From: Mayamaea pseudoterrestris
Lineage: Eukaryota
Reading direction: 5' to 3'
Assembly: GCA_027923505.1 (NCBI GenBank)
Contig: BROI01000036.1
Coordinates: forward strand, 1-64,000
DNA length: 64,000 nt
Shown here: piece by piece, positions 21,934-33,923 of the stretch
How positions within the stretch are numbered: the first letter of the stretch is position 1
How the letters are laid out: each line of letters opens with the position of its first letter
The notes under the pieces: generated by a model
Database searches by the model: none
The model's input: the letters and a program-made list of their open reading frames with translations, nothing else
Told to the model about the DNA's origin: nothing
Position numbers and translations under genes: made by a program

Positions 21934-22279
21934 ACTAGCGACGACGATTTCTGCGTCACAATGATGGTGGATGCTAGCTCCGGTAAAAGTACAGTTTTGT
22001 ATCTATGAAATGATGCTCATAAAGCCAGCAGAAGACGAATGTGAAAGCGACGACTGGATGTTTATAGTGGCCATCGCGTACGCTCAAAAGCGTAAGCACC
22101 GGCAATTTAGACGCATTACGTTCCTTGCTATTACTATATACTCTCATAAACATCAAGTAGTTTAAAAACAAAAGAGTAGGCACAAAAGTATGGGCGAAGC
22201 TGTTGCAGCGCAAAAATGAAAACTGTTCCCCATCGAAAAATGGGCGCCCAGGTTTCCCCTAGCAAATCTTGTCAAGCAG

Positions 22280-24879
22280 CTATGCATTGTGCACGCGACC
22301 ATCGTCAAAATTTTCTGCATTCAATTCATCATCATTGCCATGATATGACGAATCGCCCATGACAGTGGCAGCCGGCGTGTCTCCGCCAACATGACGACGT
22401 CGCAGACGATCTTCTTCTCGCCTCTGTTTAAATGCTGAAATAAATTCGGGATTCACCTCATCTTCACCACCCAGAAGAAACAGCCCACCATGGTAGCTGG
22501 TATCCAGACCAACAATTTCTTCCAGTGGGTCACTTCGAAACCAGCCTCTACAGAGGAATGAAAAAATTTGTCAGCAAGATGTTTTGGCGAGCAAAAATAA
22601 TATCAGCAAAAATGTTAGGCCAAACATGCTAATTACCTCCAATCTAGCCACACGAAAAAGGGAAACATGATTACAGTGACCCAGCTGCAAATGAACAAAA
22701 TTCCAACCAGCTGACATGCCAGTAAGTTTCCGTCTCGGCCATTGAACACCCAACCAGCATGGTCGGCATTGCCATACGCTTCCTTTACCCAACGAGGCGA
22801 TGCAAACAAGCCACAGGCGATGACACCCTTTAATCGCAAATAAAGTTGATGAGTCAAGTTCACATGCGGCGGTAAATGACGTTCAAACGCTAATTGGAAT
22901 GACGCGACACACTTACCCACATGCCGCCCAACATGTGAACAGGAATGGCTGAAGGAAGAAACAAAATCGTTGTAAGCATCTATCATTGAAAATGGCAGCG
23001 CTGCTGCAGCGCCTTATTACCTACCATCAACAGCGTCATCAAGTCGCAAGCGAACCAAGCCTTTCGATCCTGCCAAGTAGACAGTACCGGCAACAATGCC
23101 CGTAATCACCGCTCCCCAAGGCTCCATTACTCCACATCCACTCGTCACTGCGACCAAGCCTGCCAAGGAACCGTTCATGGCCATTTTCAGGTCGAAATAG
23201 GATTCACCCGTCATGCGTTCGAGTATGCAGAGATTCAGAAACAATGCCGTAATGCCGGCGGCACCCGCCGAAAGGGTAGTATTAACGCCAGCCAGTGCGG
23301 CAATGACATGTGCGTTGGGACCAGAGTTTGGTAATGCTGCGGGTCAAGCGAAGGATCATCGGTGAGTGTGTTAATTTAAATCGTATCAAACGCCAACCCG
23401 AAACATCATGAAGCAGAACGATGGGACTGGAGTGGTCAATGATTTGTCAACGCAATTGTAAGCGACTTACCGCTCCCACAGTTAAAACCGTACCTGCAGG
23501 AAGTTGTAAGAAAGGAGACGAATTAGAATCTGTTACACGGACAGATTGAGCATCGCGCTTAGCACTTAATGAGCCTGCTTACCATCCGAACCACAGAATG
23601 AGCCTAGTCGATACAAGAACCATGCAAAACTTGTGAGTTGAGAAAAGAAACAACTTAAAAAGCACTCTTCGAAACCGTACGTACGTTCCAAGCATTTGCA
23701 GCGACATGGACGATCCAGGAAACTCCTTTGGCTTTTCTAGTCTCCGTCCAGTCTCATCGTGAAACCGTCCTCGTCGAGGCCCAAGAATAACAGTCGCAAA
23801 GAGCGCCGTGGTGCCACCCGTAATATGCACAACGCCACTTCCCGCAAAGTCAATCATGCCAATGCCCCACAGTGGATCAATCGAGTAGGCGCTCAAGAAA
23901 CCTTGCGGATTCCAAATGGCGTGCACAACGATTGGATAGACCCATCCCACCATGACGAGTGAATACGACAAGTAAGCGGCCATTTGACATCGCTCCGCCA
24001 ATGTACCAGCAATAATAGTGACAGACGCCGCTGAAAAGGCATACTGAAACATCCAAAAGGCCAAGTCTTCCACGTTCATGAGGAAAAAGTCAGTGACACC
24101 AATGAACGTTTTGTTTGGCGAATACGGATCGGATCCGCCAAAGGCAAAGGCGTAGCCAATGGTATACCAAGCCAGTGAAGCGCCGCAGGCATCCAGTAAA
24201 TTCTTGAGCAAGGTGTTTTGAATATTCTTCTTTCGAACAGCGCCGGCGCAAACCTGTTGACGATGCGTATATGCAAGCGAGTGAGCGAGATTTAGCACAT
24301 GTACGTCAGGCATCGTTTCACAGTCACTGCAGATTGTAGCTTAAAACCACTATACTTGTTTTTATCGTACGCACCATGGCAAAGCCAGCCTGCATAAAGA
24401 AAATGAGACTGGCGGCAAACACGAGCAGGACGGATCGGGCATACTCGTGCGTGCCAACCTCCTTTTGCATGGTGCGAGCAATGCTGCGTACGGAAAATAA
24501 AAGTGAGAAATGAGATATAGTACAGACGTGTTTCAATTTCGCCAGTAAAAGTTTTTTCACGTCGCGATGCAAGGTGCAATGGAACGAAAAGCCTTTACAT
24601 CGTTGACGTTGTTGGAAAGCTCCTCATCGCTCATGAGTTCAGCAAAACAATTTGGTTCTCCATTGACAAGACATGGTAAATTGTCGACTCCTCATTATCA
24701 ATATCAAAACGATCAAATTCCTTCTTGACAAGCGAGTAGAGAATCCATTTCCCGTTACCACTTTCACATTCGTACCATTCAATGAGCACCGTCACATTGG
24801 CATTCTCTAGGTTCGTTTCATTGCTCAGCTGCAGGCAGTAGCCCACCAAGTCGGAGCCGGGCGTTGCCTTGGAGCCCAT
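22280..24879 (-). CDS. AMT1: Ammonium transporter AMT1-type (9 exons)
   Basis: Exons about 24879-24775, 24483-24375, 24253-23685, 23603-23583, 23493-23471, 23336-23025, 22948-22917, 22827-22637 and 22547-22280. Motifs FFMQAGFAM, FQYAF, GTLAER, DFAGSGVVH, LWFGWYGFN, NGSLAGLVAVT, DDAVDAIPVH, EEIVGLD. Confidence 0.92.
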
Positions 24880-25584
24880 GGTAGTGTCGTTTTGGTCGTG
24901 CAGATTGTGTTTCGATGGCAGCGACGGGTCGGAATGTCGCACCTCTGTTGGACCGGAGGTGCGAAGGAAAGGAAGGTTGAAAAGTGCTGCTTCATGGCGT
25001 TCGATAGACGGCACCATGGATGTTATCCGTCACACTTCGCTGACGCCAATGAGGTATACATGAGGAAACACGATCACGCTTTCATGAAATTTTACCAGAA
25101 TGACCTACAGGCAATCTTAATTAACAATGAAATCACATTTGGTATTATAGCCTCATAATGACTTTGACATACTTTGAACTCACTTTCTTTCCGTTGAGTT
25201 TTTCTATAGTACACTAAACACTTTACAAAACTAAACGTCACTGGCGCGGCAGGCGCTGATGACCCACTTTGCGCAACCTGCAACGACTTGCTTGCTCGCG
25301 GAATTTTTACCACTCTCCGCCTCGATTGGTCAACTTTTTGTCGAGGTTTTTCTCGTCATGTTGCGGTAGCTCGCTCCTTTTCCTTTGCGAAGAAGTCCAT
25401 GGCGCGAGGCGAAAGCACTATACGTGAGCTTTTCATAGATTCCCTTCACTCGAACGTTTCGCGGTCGTGTAGAACGAAAGGACTTTTTGCGCCAACACTG
25501 CCGCCACAATACACTGCATCCGTTCCATTGCTCATCATTCAACCGAAGCAGCGCACCTCTTAATAAAGAAGAAACATTTATACC

Positions 25585-27261
25585 ATGATTAATCGACATG
25601 CAAAACGCCTCATCTGTGGCTTTATGACGTTGCTGTTACTACCATTAGAATGCTCCTCCTTGGACTTTGGCAAGCACCTTCGACGAAGCATTGCTTCTGC
25701 AATCAATGACGAGAGTGTCGAGACTTTCGCGTCAACGACACCACTACAAGAACAAGCAGCAGCAGTAACACTCCATCCACTCAAGGATCCCACGCGCAAG
25801 CATCGAATACTGCAGCAGGAGCAGTCGACAGACGTTGACCAGTCGCGCCGCACCGAGCTTTCGCGCGACCGCGAGTCGCTCATTCACATACTCATGAGCG
25901 CGGGTGTCACCTACCTGAGCCTGCAGGAGATTGGTTCGCTGCCAACGTGGACGCAAGTGTCGAGCTTGTACGGATCCGAGCCGTTGATATATGGACTGGA
26001 AACGTGTCAAGCGTATCGAGACACGCTGCAACGACACAATGCGACGGCGGCAAGTGCAGCAAGTGGTGCAGCAGTGGTGGAACCAAAGCCGCGCGTCGCC
26101 GGCTTGTTCAACACTGGCACAAATGCACTAGCGCAAAGCATGTTTGATAATTTCCAGCCATTGCCGGATGTCAAGGTATGTTGCTGTATCGCATGGGGGT
26201 ATATGTGACTGAGTGAAGGAACATATGATTGCTGCGCATCATCCTAAAGTCGCCATGCTTTGCTATGCATGACTCGTTACTTTCGTTCTCACTGGTCTCT
26301 CTCATCACATTTTTTTACAGGATTACAACTTGAAATGGGGCAAGCATGTTCCTCCGCGCGATCGGTGGACGGAAACGTACAAATTGGAGACTATTGAAAC
26401 GGAGCTTCCCATTGTCATGGTTCGAGATCCAATGTATTGGATGCAAAGGTACGACATTCGCATGTTGTGTGAATGGAGTAGGCGTCATAGTTGTTGGTCA
26501 TTTGATTAGCGTGTCTCATTCAAATCATTTTCTACTCGCAATGCAGCATGTGCAAGGCCGAGTACAATGCCGTTTGGGACAAGGGTCTTGGGCAACGATG
26601 CCCAAACCTGATTCCGACCGCGGAGGAACGAGAAGCATTGGACCTTGGAAACGCTACAACCTTTCCCGTTGATGTGATTGTACGAACGCACTATCGAGAC
26701 CACTACGAATCGCTAGCGGGACTTTGGTCCGAGTGGAACCGTCTTTGGCTAGATTACTCGAGGCCGAGACTGGTGAGAGCATCCCTGTCTATTACCTTTC
26801 GCGTTGTATTGGCAAATAATAAATGCTCACCGACTCACAATAACGTTTCTTGTATCCCATCTTCCGACAGATGATTCGCTTTGAGGATTTCCTGTTCCAT
26901 GGCGAATACATTATGCAAACCATTAGCGAATGCACCGGTATTTCCATGCACCAAGATTTCCGCTATCAGCTTGAGGCTAGCAAACCGGTACGTTGAACCA
27001 AGTCGAGACAGTGCATCAATTGATGTTGCTGATGCTATATTGTACTCATCCTGCTTTCTATTTGTATTATTTCGTTTTCATCAGCACGGCCAGTCGTCCG
27101 ACTTGTACGGCGCCCTTGTCAAGTACGGCAGCGGCCGCCATCGCATCGCCAACTACACGGTTGCGGAGCATGACTATCTCACGACGGCCCTCGACCCAGA
27201 ACTCATGCGGCTGTTTCAATACCAACCGCTGGACGTGGCGGAAACGTATGCCGGCATGTAG
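25585..27261 (+). CDS. Diatom sulfotransferase-like P-loop protein (multi-exon)
   Basis: Spliced pieces: LPTWTQVSSLYG, AGLFNTGTNAL, WGKH, VMVRDPMYWMQSMC, CPNL, WSEWN, PRLMIRFEDFLFH, ELMRLFQY, with GT-AG introns between them. Confidence 0.65.
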
Positions 27262-27419
27262 TTGTTGCTGTTGTCTTCGTCGTCGTCAACGTGCTTCGTC
27301 CTGTCACGCATTATCTGTAAGAACTGTACTATCATTATCATAACTTTAAATTGAGACTATTATATATAAATCTGTAAGTACATTCATTTGACAAGATAGT
27401 TGCGATAGGACGTTCGTTT

Positions 27420-28655
27420 CTACATGCTCGCTCGACGAAACGGTCGAAAGGAGAATCCCTTTGGCTGCCACGACGCGTCAATATTGGTTTCGTTCACTTG
27501 CTGCTGCAAAGCTGTCTCTTCCTTGCGCATTGCTGCGGATGCGTGTTGCAGCAGCAGCTCGCGACTTGGCGGCGGCGGCGGCGGCGGCGGCGCAAAGGCA
27601 GACACGTTAATGCTGGCTTGGTAATGTTGTTGCTGTTGCTGCGGCGGTTGAACATCATTTTTTGGTTGCTGCTGCTTGACTTTGGTGCGAACAATCATGC
27701 GCTCCATGGTTGCGCGGTGATTGCTGCTGCCGCTTTCTCGAGTGTTCGCTGCCATGAGCATGCCACTGCTCGTCGACTGACTCTTGAAACTGTCCTCCCG
27801 CTCCAAACGACTCTTGCGAATGGACGATTGCGTCGTGTTGCGCATCAAGTAGGGCGGCGTGGCAATCGTCATGGTGGGACTCGTCGAAGCGCTGGTGCTG
27901 GTGCTGGTATTATTGTTGTTGGTGCGCTGCGGCGACTGGTAGTGACTCGAGGTTGCCGTGGTAGTCGTCGCCATGGACTGCGCGTCCCAGTCACGCGTCG
28001 AGTAGGATGCCAGCGATCGCACCGAGTCGCTGTTGGTAATGCTTCGACGTGATGACGAATGATGATGGCTGCTGCCTCCTCGCATGGGAGGAGGCGGTCG
28101 TCGGCCGGAAATGGTCGTGGCAATGGAGTGACTGGCGAAGGACATGTCGTCGAGCTCGTCGTCCCACGTGGAGTAGTGCGACGTGTAGGAAACAATCGAC
28201 TCGTTGCCAACCAAGTAGGTAAAGTCGGGAGATGCGTTTGTCGTGTTCGTTGCTGGAATTGTAGTAGGAGCAGCAGCAGCAGCAGCTGCAGCAGTCATTT
28301 CTGGCTTGACAAGCGACGGTTGCGGCCGCACGTGAATGCTTGGTTCATCGTCGCCATCATCGACGCGCCGACTTGGCGGTCGAGCTGATCCTTGCAACTG
28401 CGATAAGAGAGCGAGCGGCTTGACGGGACTTGTCAATTGCTGAATGGTAAAGGATCGGACGGACGCAATTGTAGATGTCCCGGACACTACGGAAGCATCG
28501 TCATCGATATTGTTGTTGCTGTGACTGTTATTGGAACGGTCTCGCGAGAAACGTGAATGACGCGAGGAATTTGGAGCCTTGAGCAGAGACGAGTAGTAAC
28601 TCTTGCGGCTGTTGATGCTTTGTGGACTGCTGGAGGGATTCATGGTCGACTGCAT
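27420..28655 (-). CDS. Ser/Thr-rich low-complexity hypothetical protein
   Basis: Long ORF of about 410 aa from MQSTMNP with disordered composition; no recognisable domain. Confidence 0.6.
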   Translation of the reverse strand: MQSTMNPSSSPQSINSRKSYYSSLLKAPNSSRHSRFSRDRSNNSHSNNNIDDDASVVSGTSTIASVRSFTIQQLTSPVKPLALLSQLQGSARPPSRRVDDGDDEPSIHVRPQPSLVKPEMTAAAAAAAAPTTIPATNTTNASPDFTYLVGNESIVSYTSHYSTWDDELDDMSFASHSIATTISGRRPPPPMRGGSSHHHSSSRRSITNSDSVRSLASYSTRDWDAQSMATTTTATSSHYQSPQRTNNNNTSTSTSASTSPTMTIATPPYLMRNTTQSSIRKSRLEREDSFKSQSTSSGMLMAANTRESGSSNHRATMERMIVRTKVKQQQPKNDVQPPQQQQQHYQASINVSAFAPPPPPPPPSRELLLQHASAAMRKEETALQQQVNETNIDASWQPKGFSFRPFRRASM

Positions 28656-29454
28656 GTTGCTAGTCGTTTTGTTTGAGATTGTGAAGGTTCTGTTCGTCCT
28701 TTCCGAGCAAGTGTGAATGAAACTTGTCTCGCTTCGTCGCTTGATCGTGAAATCGCGCTCGACGAACAAGAGCGAACATTCGAGTTCGGTCATATGACCT
28801 GTCAGTCGTGTTAAAAAAGTTACGGCGTACTCTAACTCCGGAGCAGTACGAGTATGCATGCATATACATACCGATAGCACCATTATCACTCTACTACTTG
28901 TACATAACAGTGTTCCTATATGATTGAGTACGGTTCCAAGCTCTAAAGGGCTGGTAATCGTTGGAGAAAATCTGATACCTAGGTTTGAAAGGCAACTCTT
29001 GTGGTTGGGATCGGCATGTCAGCGCATCCGCGCCATGCAGATGTTTGGTCCAAATGTAACCAAAGAGTGCTTTGTTATGCATGATGTATCCGTCGTTGAT
29101 GAATGGAGGCCTATCCATGTTCAGCGACAGCAGGCACTGGCTGCGAAAGCCACGGCGCTTGTGCTGACTGCCTTTGCAATATAATGAATGAACGCCACGA
29201 AAAATATCTGCCCTTTATATTTATCGCTGCACTGAAAGAGTGAATAAGTAGTTTGACATCGCTATAGTGGCTAACCTCATCAAAATACTCCTGCTGCTTG
29301 CGTTCCCTCAATCGTGCACGAATTCGCAAGCGCGAATGAATTGTGAACGCCGAGCGCGCGCGCATCGCCGACGTGAAACGACTAATGCGGTGGATCCGTT
29401 TCGTCGGCATGGACGACTGCTTCGTTTCTTCCTCACATTTTTCGTCAAGCCACC

Positions 29455-30402
29455 ATGAACCGTCCAGCTCCCATTCCGCTCAACCCTGATGGTGTATCGG
29501 CGCTTTTAACGTGCGCCATTTGCTTGGACTTTCCGCTGCAGCCGGTCACTGGCGGAAACTGTGAGCACATGTTTTGTCGCGACTGTCTACTTCACGACAA
29601 GAATGACGGACTCGACGTTTGTCCCTGCTGCCGTGATTCCTCTACAAAACTCAAACCTTTGCAAGTTGGTGCCTTGTTGTATCGCATCTGGAGCGAAGTT
29701 CCCGTAAAGTGCGGCCGTTACGGCCACGGCTGCGCCTGGACGGGATGCGCCGTGGATGCTGGCGATCACGCACGAGAGTGTTCAGTCGTGACAAGCCCTA
29801 CAAAGCAGGAAGGGAAGCTTGGGCAGGTCACGAGTAACGACAAGAAGTCCAATGGAGTGTTTCATTGTCGCAAAGTACCATGCGATCGATTGGTTCACCA
29901 GTTGGAGGCGGCAAAGCTTGAAATTGATGCCAAGACCAAGGAAAATCAAGCACTCTGCGCAAAGAATGATGATTTGACCGAACAGGTAGCCACCTTGCGA
30001 GCTTGTTTGGATTTCAAGCTTGTCAACAACATCTTTCAAGAGATTCGCATCAAGAACGACGCCGCATGGCGCGCCAAATTGAATGGCGGGGCGGCGCATG
30101 TTATTCCCAGCGACTGGAACCGCCCTTCGATTGTCACGCTGACCAAGCTCATTGCTCAATATGCCACTTGCAAGCCAGATATCATTGACGCCAACGAGGT
30201 GTTTGACTGTGTGGGCGCTTTCAACGACGCCCTCGATGATGAAAAGTCTGCTGGGCTAACTGTTATCCATCGCATCAACACGCGTATGCTTTTTCTCACT
30301 TGCTTGTCAAGTAAGTGGTTCACAGCATTTCAGATGGAACAGATTATCTCGTGGATGGTCAAGCAGGGATGGGCCTCGCTTTCTTCCGTGGCTTTGCATT
30401 AG
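29455..30402 (+). CDS. RING finger/TRAF-type zinc finger protein with coiled coil
   Basis: CAICLD...CEHMFCRDC...CPCCR (C3HC4) and VKCGRYGHGCAWTG...HAREC. Confidence 0.8.
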   Translation: MNRPAPIPLNPDGVSALLTCAICLDFPLQPVTGGNCEHMFCRDCLLHDKNDGLDVCPCCRDSSTKLKPLQVGALLYRIWSEVPVKCGRYGHGCAWTGCAVDAGDHARECSVVTSPTKQEGKLGQVTSNDKKSNGVFHCRKVPCDRLVHQLEAAKLEIDAKTKENQALCAKNDDLTEQVATLRACLDFKLVNNIFQEIRIKNDAAWRAKLNGGAAHVIPSDWNRPSIVTLTKLIAQYATCKPDIIDANEVFDCVGAFNDALDDEKSAGLTVIHRINTRMLFLTCLSSKWFTAFQMEQIISWMVKQGWASLSSVALH

Positions 30403-31280
30403 TGTGGTTGAGTTTCCCCTTGTTGTATGGCTGATGTCATGCTGTTTACGGAGGGAAGATACACGGCGCGATGCGTCTGTAAGTGTTTCAATAGTTTAAA
30501 AAGTAATAATCGAAATTAACCGTACTTTGTTTGTCAAGCACGACGGATTGGCTGGATCGCCAAAACAAACGGCCCACTCGTTGTATGTCCCCCCTCACGA
30601 GTAGAACTGGCGCAAATACCAGCGTTGCACATTTAACCTTTCACTACACAAAGCTCTATTGCGCCCAGAGACTTGTCATGCGTGAAACGCATTGTACTCG
30701 TATCGTTCCAATATTGATGAGACTCACAGCATTGGTCCACAAACGGCGTACTGACCCGCAGCTATCATCATCTACGGTAGTCCAACGCTCATCTCGAACT
30801 CGGGCATTCATCTAAGCAAACTGCGAAAATCAACCATCTTTATTGACATGAGCTCCTCGCAGTCCAACTTGAGCCTTTCCATCCCAGATTGGCAAGCTTC
30901 ACTCCTGCACTTGCCGCCGCCGCGCTCTGGGATGCGGATGATTTGCGCCAAGGTTGAGAAAGTCGCCAAGCCAACGGACGTCACGATGAGTAATTTTCAG
31001 TGCCGCTTTAGGCTTTTATCAGTGTGACAACGGTGCGACATTCGTTTGACGCAACATTCCGTGACATGGCGAACGAAGCTGCAGCAGCGATTCCATCAAC
31101 TTCGCCCCTCTCGTCCTTCTCACTCCATGAACAATAGCTTCCTGCTTTGTTGTATATAATAATAAGATCGTTGCTGCATAGAAGCGAGGCGAAATTATAA
31201 ATTACAGGCTCCTTGCGATACCATTGTGCTCATTGACACGCACCTGTCAGCCAAAAAATCTGGAACAATTATTCCTACAA

Positions 31281-33923
31281 ATGAAACTCCTCGACTACCT
31301 TTCATCGTCATCAGCGACTGCACCTGGAAGCGCTCCAACGAATGCGACTCCTGCTGCTGCAGAATCGCTGGAAGCAGTCGCGCCGGAAGACTTGCCGCAG
31401 CAGCAGCAGCAGCATGACGCTAGCGACAGCGACAATAATAATCCAAATGAAGACGAACCAAGCGAACGTTTCACCAGCTCCCAAAATCTACAAGGCGCAC
31501 CATCCGATGACAGCAACGTTCAGCACTCCGGTCGAGCACTGGTCCGCGGCAAGATTCGCAACGTGTGGCGGCCCCGCTACCTGCAAGTCTTGCATAACGG
31601 ACTCGTCGACTACTACGAAGTCACGTTGGACCGTCGTCACAGTATCTACAAATACACGCTGGAGATTTGCGACGCGCGCGTGCTGAACAACAATTCGAAT
31701 TGGCACAAGGATTTATCAATGGAACTGCAATTGCCGCGCGGCATGGTGGGCTTTTGCTTGCAGGGACGTCGGGTTGCTGCGTCTACTGACAATGCAGCCT
31801 CTGCAACATATGAAGGAGACCATGAGCAGCAACAAGCAATGTCACTGCTTTTGAACGACTGGAACGTTCCGGCCGACGCTTCGTCGCCGCACGAGTGGAG
31901 GGACATTTACTGTGCGGTGGACCGCATGGAGGAGGCGCAGGCGTGGGTGACGGCGCTGCAGTGGGCGGCGCGTGTGCGAACGACGTCAACAACAAGCGTG
32001 GAGCACGTAGCGACAGCAACTTCAACAGTAACAGCAAAAGACGCAACAAACACCAAGACGGAGGACTGGACCAAGGTGGTGACGCGCGACAAGAATATGA
32101 AAACGGATAGGAAAAAAATCAAGTCGGCGCCGTCAGCGGCGAGCAAGATTGTCGTGGCCAAGATTGTGCAGTATCAAATCGTGTGCGTCGGCTCGCTGCT
32201 GCAGTACGAGATTGCCTACGAAATTCACTGCTTGCTGCTGAAGCAAGACAAGGCTGAAACATGGTTTATGCTAAAGACGGCTCATGATTTGGAAGTACTC
32301 GTCAGTGATTTGGTGCAAGCACAAATGCTGGATGTTGCGCAGCTTGAATGTGTTCGTAGTTTACCGAGAATAGCATCCAAACCACATTTTGCTGACGTTC
32401 AAGCATCCGTTGCGACTGCCGATGCCATACTGCGGAGTTTGATTATGGATGCGACCATGGTCAATTCCAAGTTTGTAAAAGCATTCCTGGGACTAGCGCC
32501 ATTGACGAGCGTTCCAACAAAGCATGCTCCTGCTGTTGGCTTGGCACGGTGCTGGTCCATGATGCCCACCATGTTTCAGCGGCATGATTCAACGTTGTAT
32601 TCAAATCGCACGACGCATACTGTCAGCATTCCAACGGACCAGTACGTCCGGCAGTGGTTTGCGTCACACGTTGCCAAAAAGCAGCCTTCCATGCCTACCA
32701 TTTACATGACACGCTTGTTGCAGCAACCGTTGGTGATACTGGGAGGCGTCAGCGTTGGTGTCGCCGCGTTTCAGTCGCTGGGACTGCTGTGGGAGCGCAT
32801 GACTGCGCCAACAGTATCGGTGCGGTTGGATGTCTTGGTCTTGTCGTGGATATCGGCGGCGTACATTGGGCATTGCGTGCCGCTGCAGCGGTGGCCCGTG
32901 TGGAACGCAAATGATGTTCCACTGGCGATTGATACAAGAGGAGAGCAAAAGTTAATGCCTAGAGCTATACCTATCGTGGAACATGGAACTACCATTGAAC
33001 AAGTTCTTATCAAGCCAACTGGCGGCGGAGCCAGTGCTACAACCTTGGACGATGGAGTGCTTGTGGAGGGTGATGCTGATGAGTTTTTATCGTCCACCGA
33101 TTCGGAGCAATCGGAAGATGGCGAGGAGCTGCTTGAAGGAGCCAGCGTCGACACGAGGAATGAAGGGCGGCTGTCGTCGCCACTCCCAAAATATCCCGAA
33201 AACGAAGGCATGTCATGCTGGAGTCCGGCGGAAGATTCTTTGTTTAATGTTCGAGGAGAGTCGTACTTTGTCGATCGAATCAAGCGACCGTCGGACCCAT
33301 CTCCACTCACTTGTCGCGGCGTTGACATTTTTCTCACCGACTCGCCTCAGCGACATATTTCCAGACATCCTGCCATGTTGGGAGGCAAGTTGAACGAGCA
33401 AGACACGTTTCTCGTCAATTTTCTCTTGCCGTTTGGGAACTTTGTCGCCTACTTTGCCATTCCTCCACTGGACGAGTTTCCGTCAAAGCTACAGACTGTG
33501 TGGTCCAACTTTTTAAAGGGCGATCAAGAGTACCGCGACGCTCGTCTCAAGCTACTGCCCGTTGTTGTCGAAGGACCATGGATCGTCAAGACGGCGGTTG
33601 GCCCTGGCAACGCTCCGGCACTGTTGGGCAAGGTGATTCCGCTGCAATACTTTTTCCGCGACGCAACAACTAGCACCAAGGCTGCCTACGAGGTGGATGT
33701 CATTATAACGGCATCCGCACTAGCCAAGGGCGTCTTGAGCGTCGTCAAGGGTTCCGCGTCGAGTGTTTCCATTGCCTTTGCCTTTATCATTGAGGCTGCC
33801 GCCCAAGACGAGCTACCCGAAACGGTCTTGTGCAGCTTTCAGATTCATTCCATTTGCTTGGATGACTGTCCCATTTTGGCGCCCTTTGACGACTCGGAGG
33901 AGGAGGATGTACACTCCATGTAA
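31281..33923 (+). CDS. PH-domain protein with C-terminal EDR2-like (DUF1336) domain
   Basis: PH motifs (WRPRYLQV, EEAQAWVTALQWA), two hydrophobic segments, and WS...FNVRGESYFVDRIKRPS, RLKLLPVVVEGPWIV, PALLG, EVDV, ELPETVL. Confidence 0.75.
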   Translation: MKLLDYLSSSSATAPGSAPTNATPAAAESLEAVAPEDLPQQQQQHDASDSDNNNPNEDEPSERFTSSQNLQGAPSDDSNVQHSGRALVRGKIRNVWRPRYLQVLHNGLVDYYEVTLDRRHSIYKYTLEICDARVLNNNSNWHKDLSMELQLPRGMVGFCLQGRRVAASTDNAASATYEGDHEQQQAMSLLLNDWNVPADASSPHEWRDIYCAVDRMEEAQAWVTALQWAARVRTTSTTSVEHVATATSTVTAKDATNTKTEDWTKVVTRDKNMKTDRKKIKSAPSAASKIVVAKIVQYQIVCVGSLLQYEIAYEIHCLLLKQDKAETWFMLKTAHDLEVLVSDLVQAQMLDVAQLECVRSLPRIASKPHFADVQASVATADAILRSLIMDATMVNSKFVKAFLGLAPLTSVPTKHAPAVGLARCWSMMPTMFQRHDSTLYSNRTTHTVSIPTDQYVRQWFASHVAKKQPSMPTIYMTRLLQQPLVILGGVSVGVAAFQSLGLLWERMTAPTVSVRLDVLVLSWISAAYIGHCVPLQRWPVWNANDVPLAIDTRGEQKLMPRAIPIVEHGTTIEQVLIKPTGGGASATTLDDGVLVEGDADEFLSSTDSEQSEDGEELLEGASVDTRNEGRLSSPLPKYPENEGMSCWSPAEDSLFNVRGESYFVDRIKRPSDPSPLTCRGVDIFLTDSPQRHISRHPAMLGGKLNEQDTFLVNFLLPFGNFVAYFAIPPLDEFPSKLQTVWSNFLKGDQEYRDARLKLLPVVVEGPWIVKTAVGPGNAPALLGKVIPLQYFFRDATTSTKAAYEVDVIITASALAKGVLSVVKGSASSVSIAFAFIIEAAAQDELPETVLCSFQIHSICLDDCPILAPFDDSEEEDVHSM

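Noticed and set aside
30500..31100. Protein-like fragments on the minus strand of the intergenic region
   Set aside because: Short, stop-interrupted and without a recognisable motif; cannot be supported as a pseudogene.
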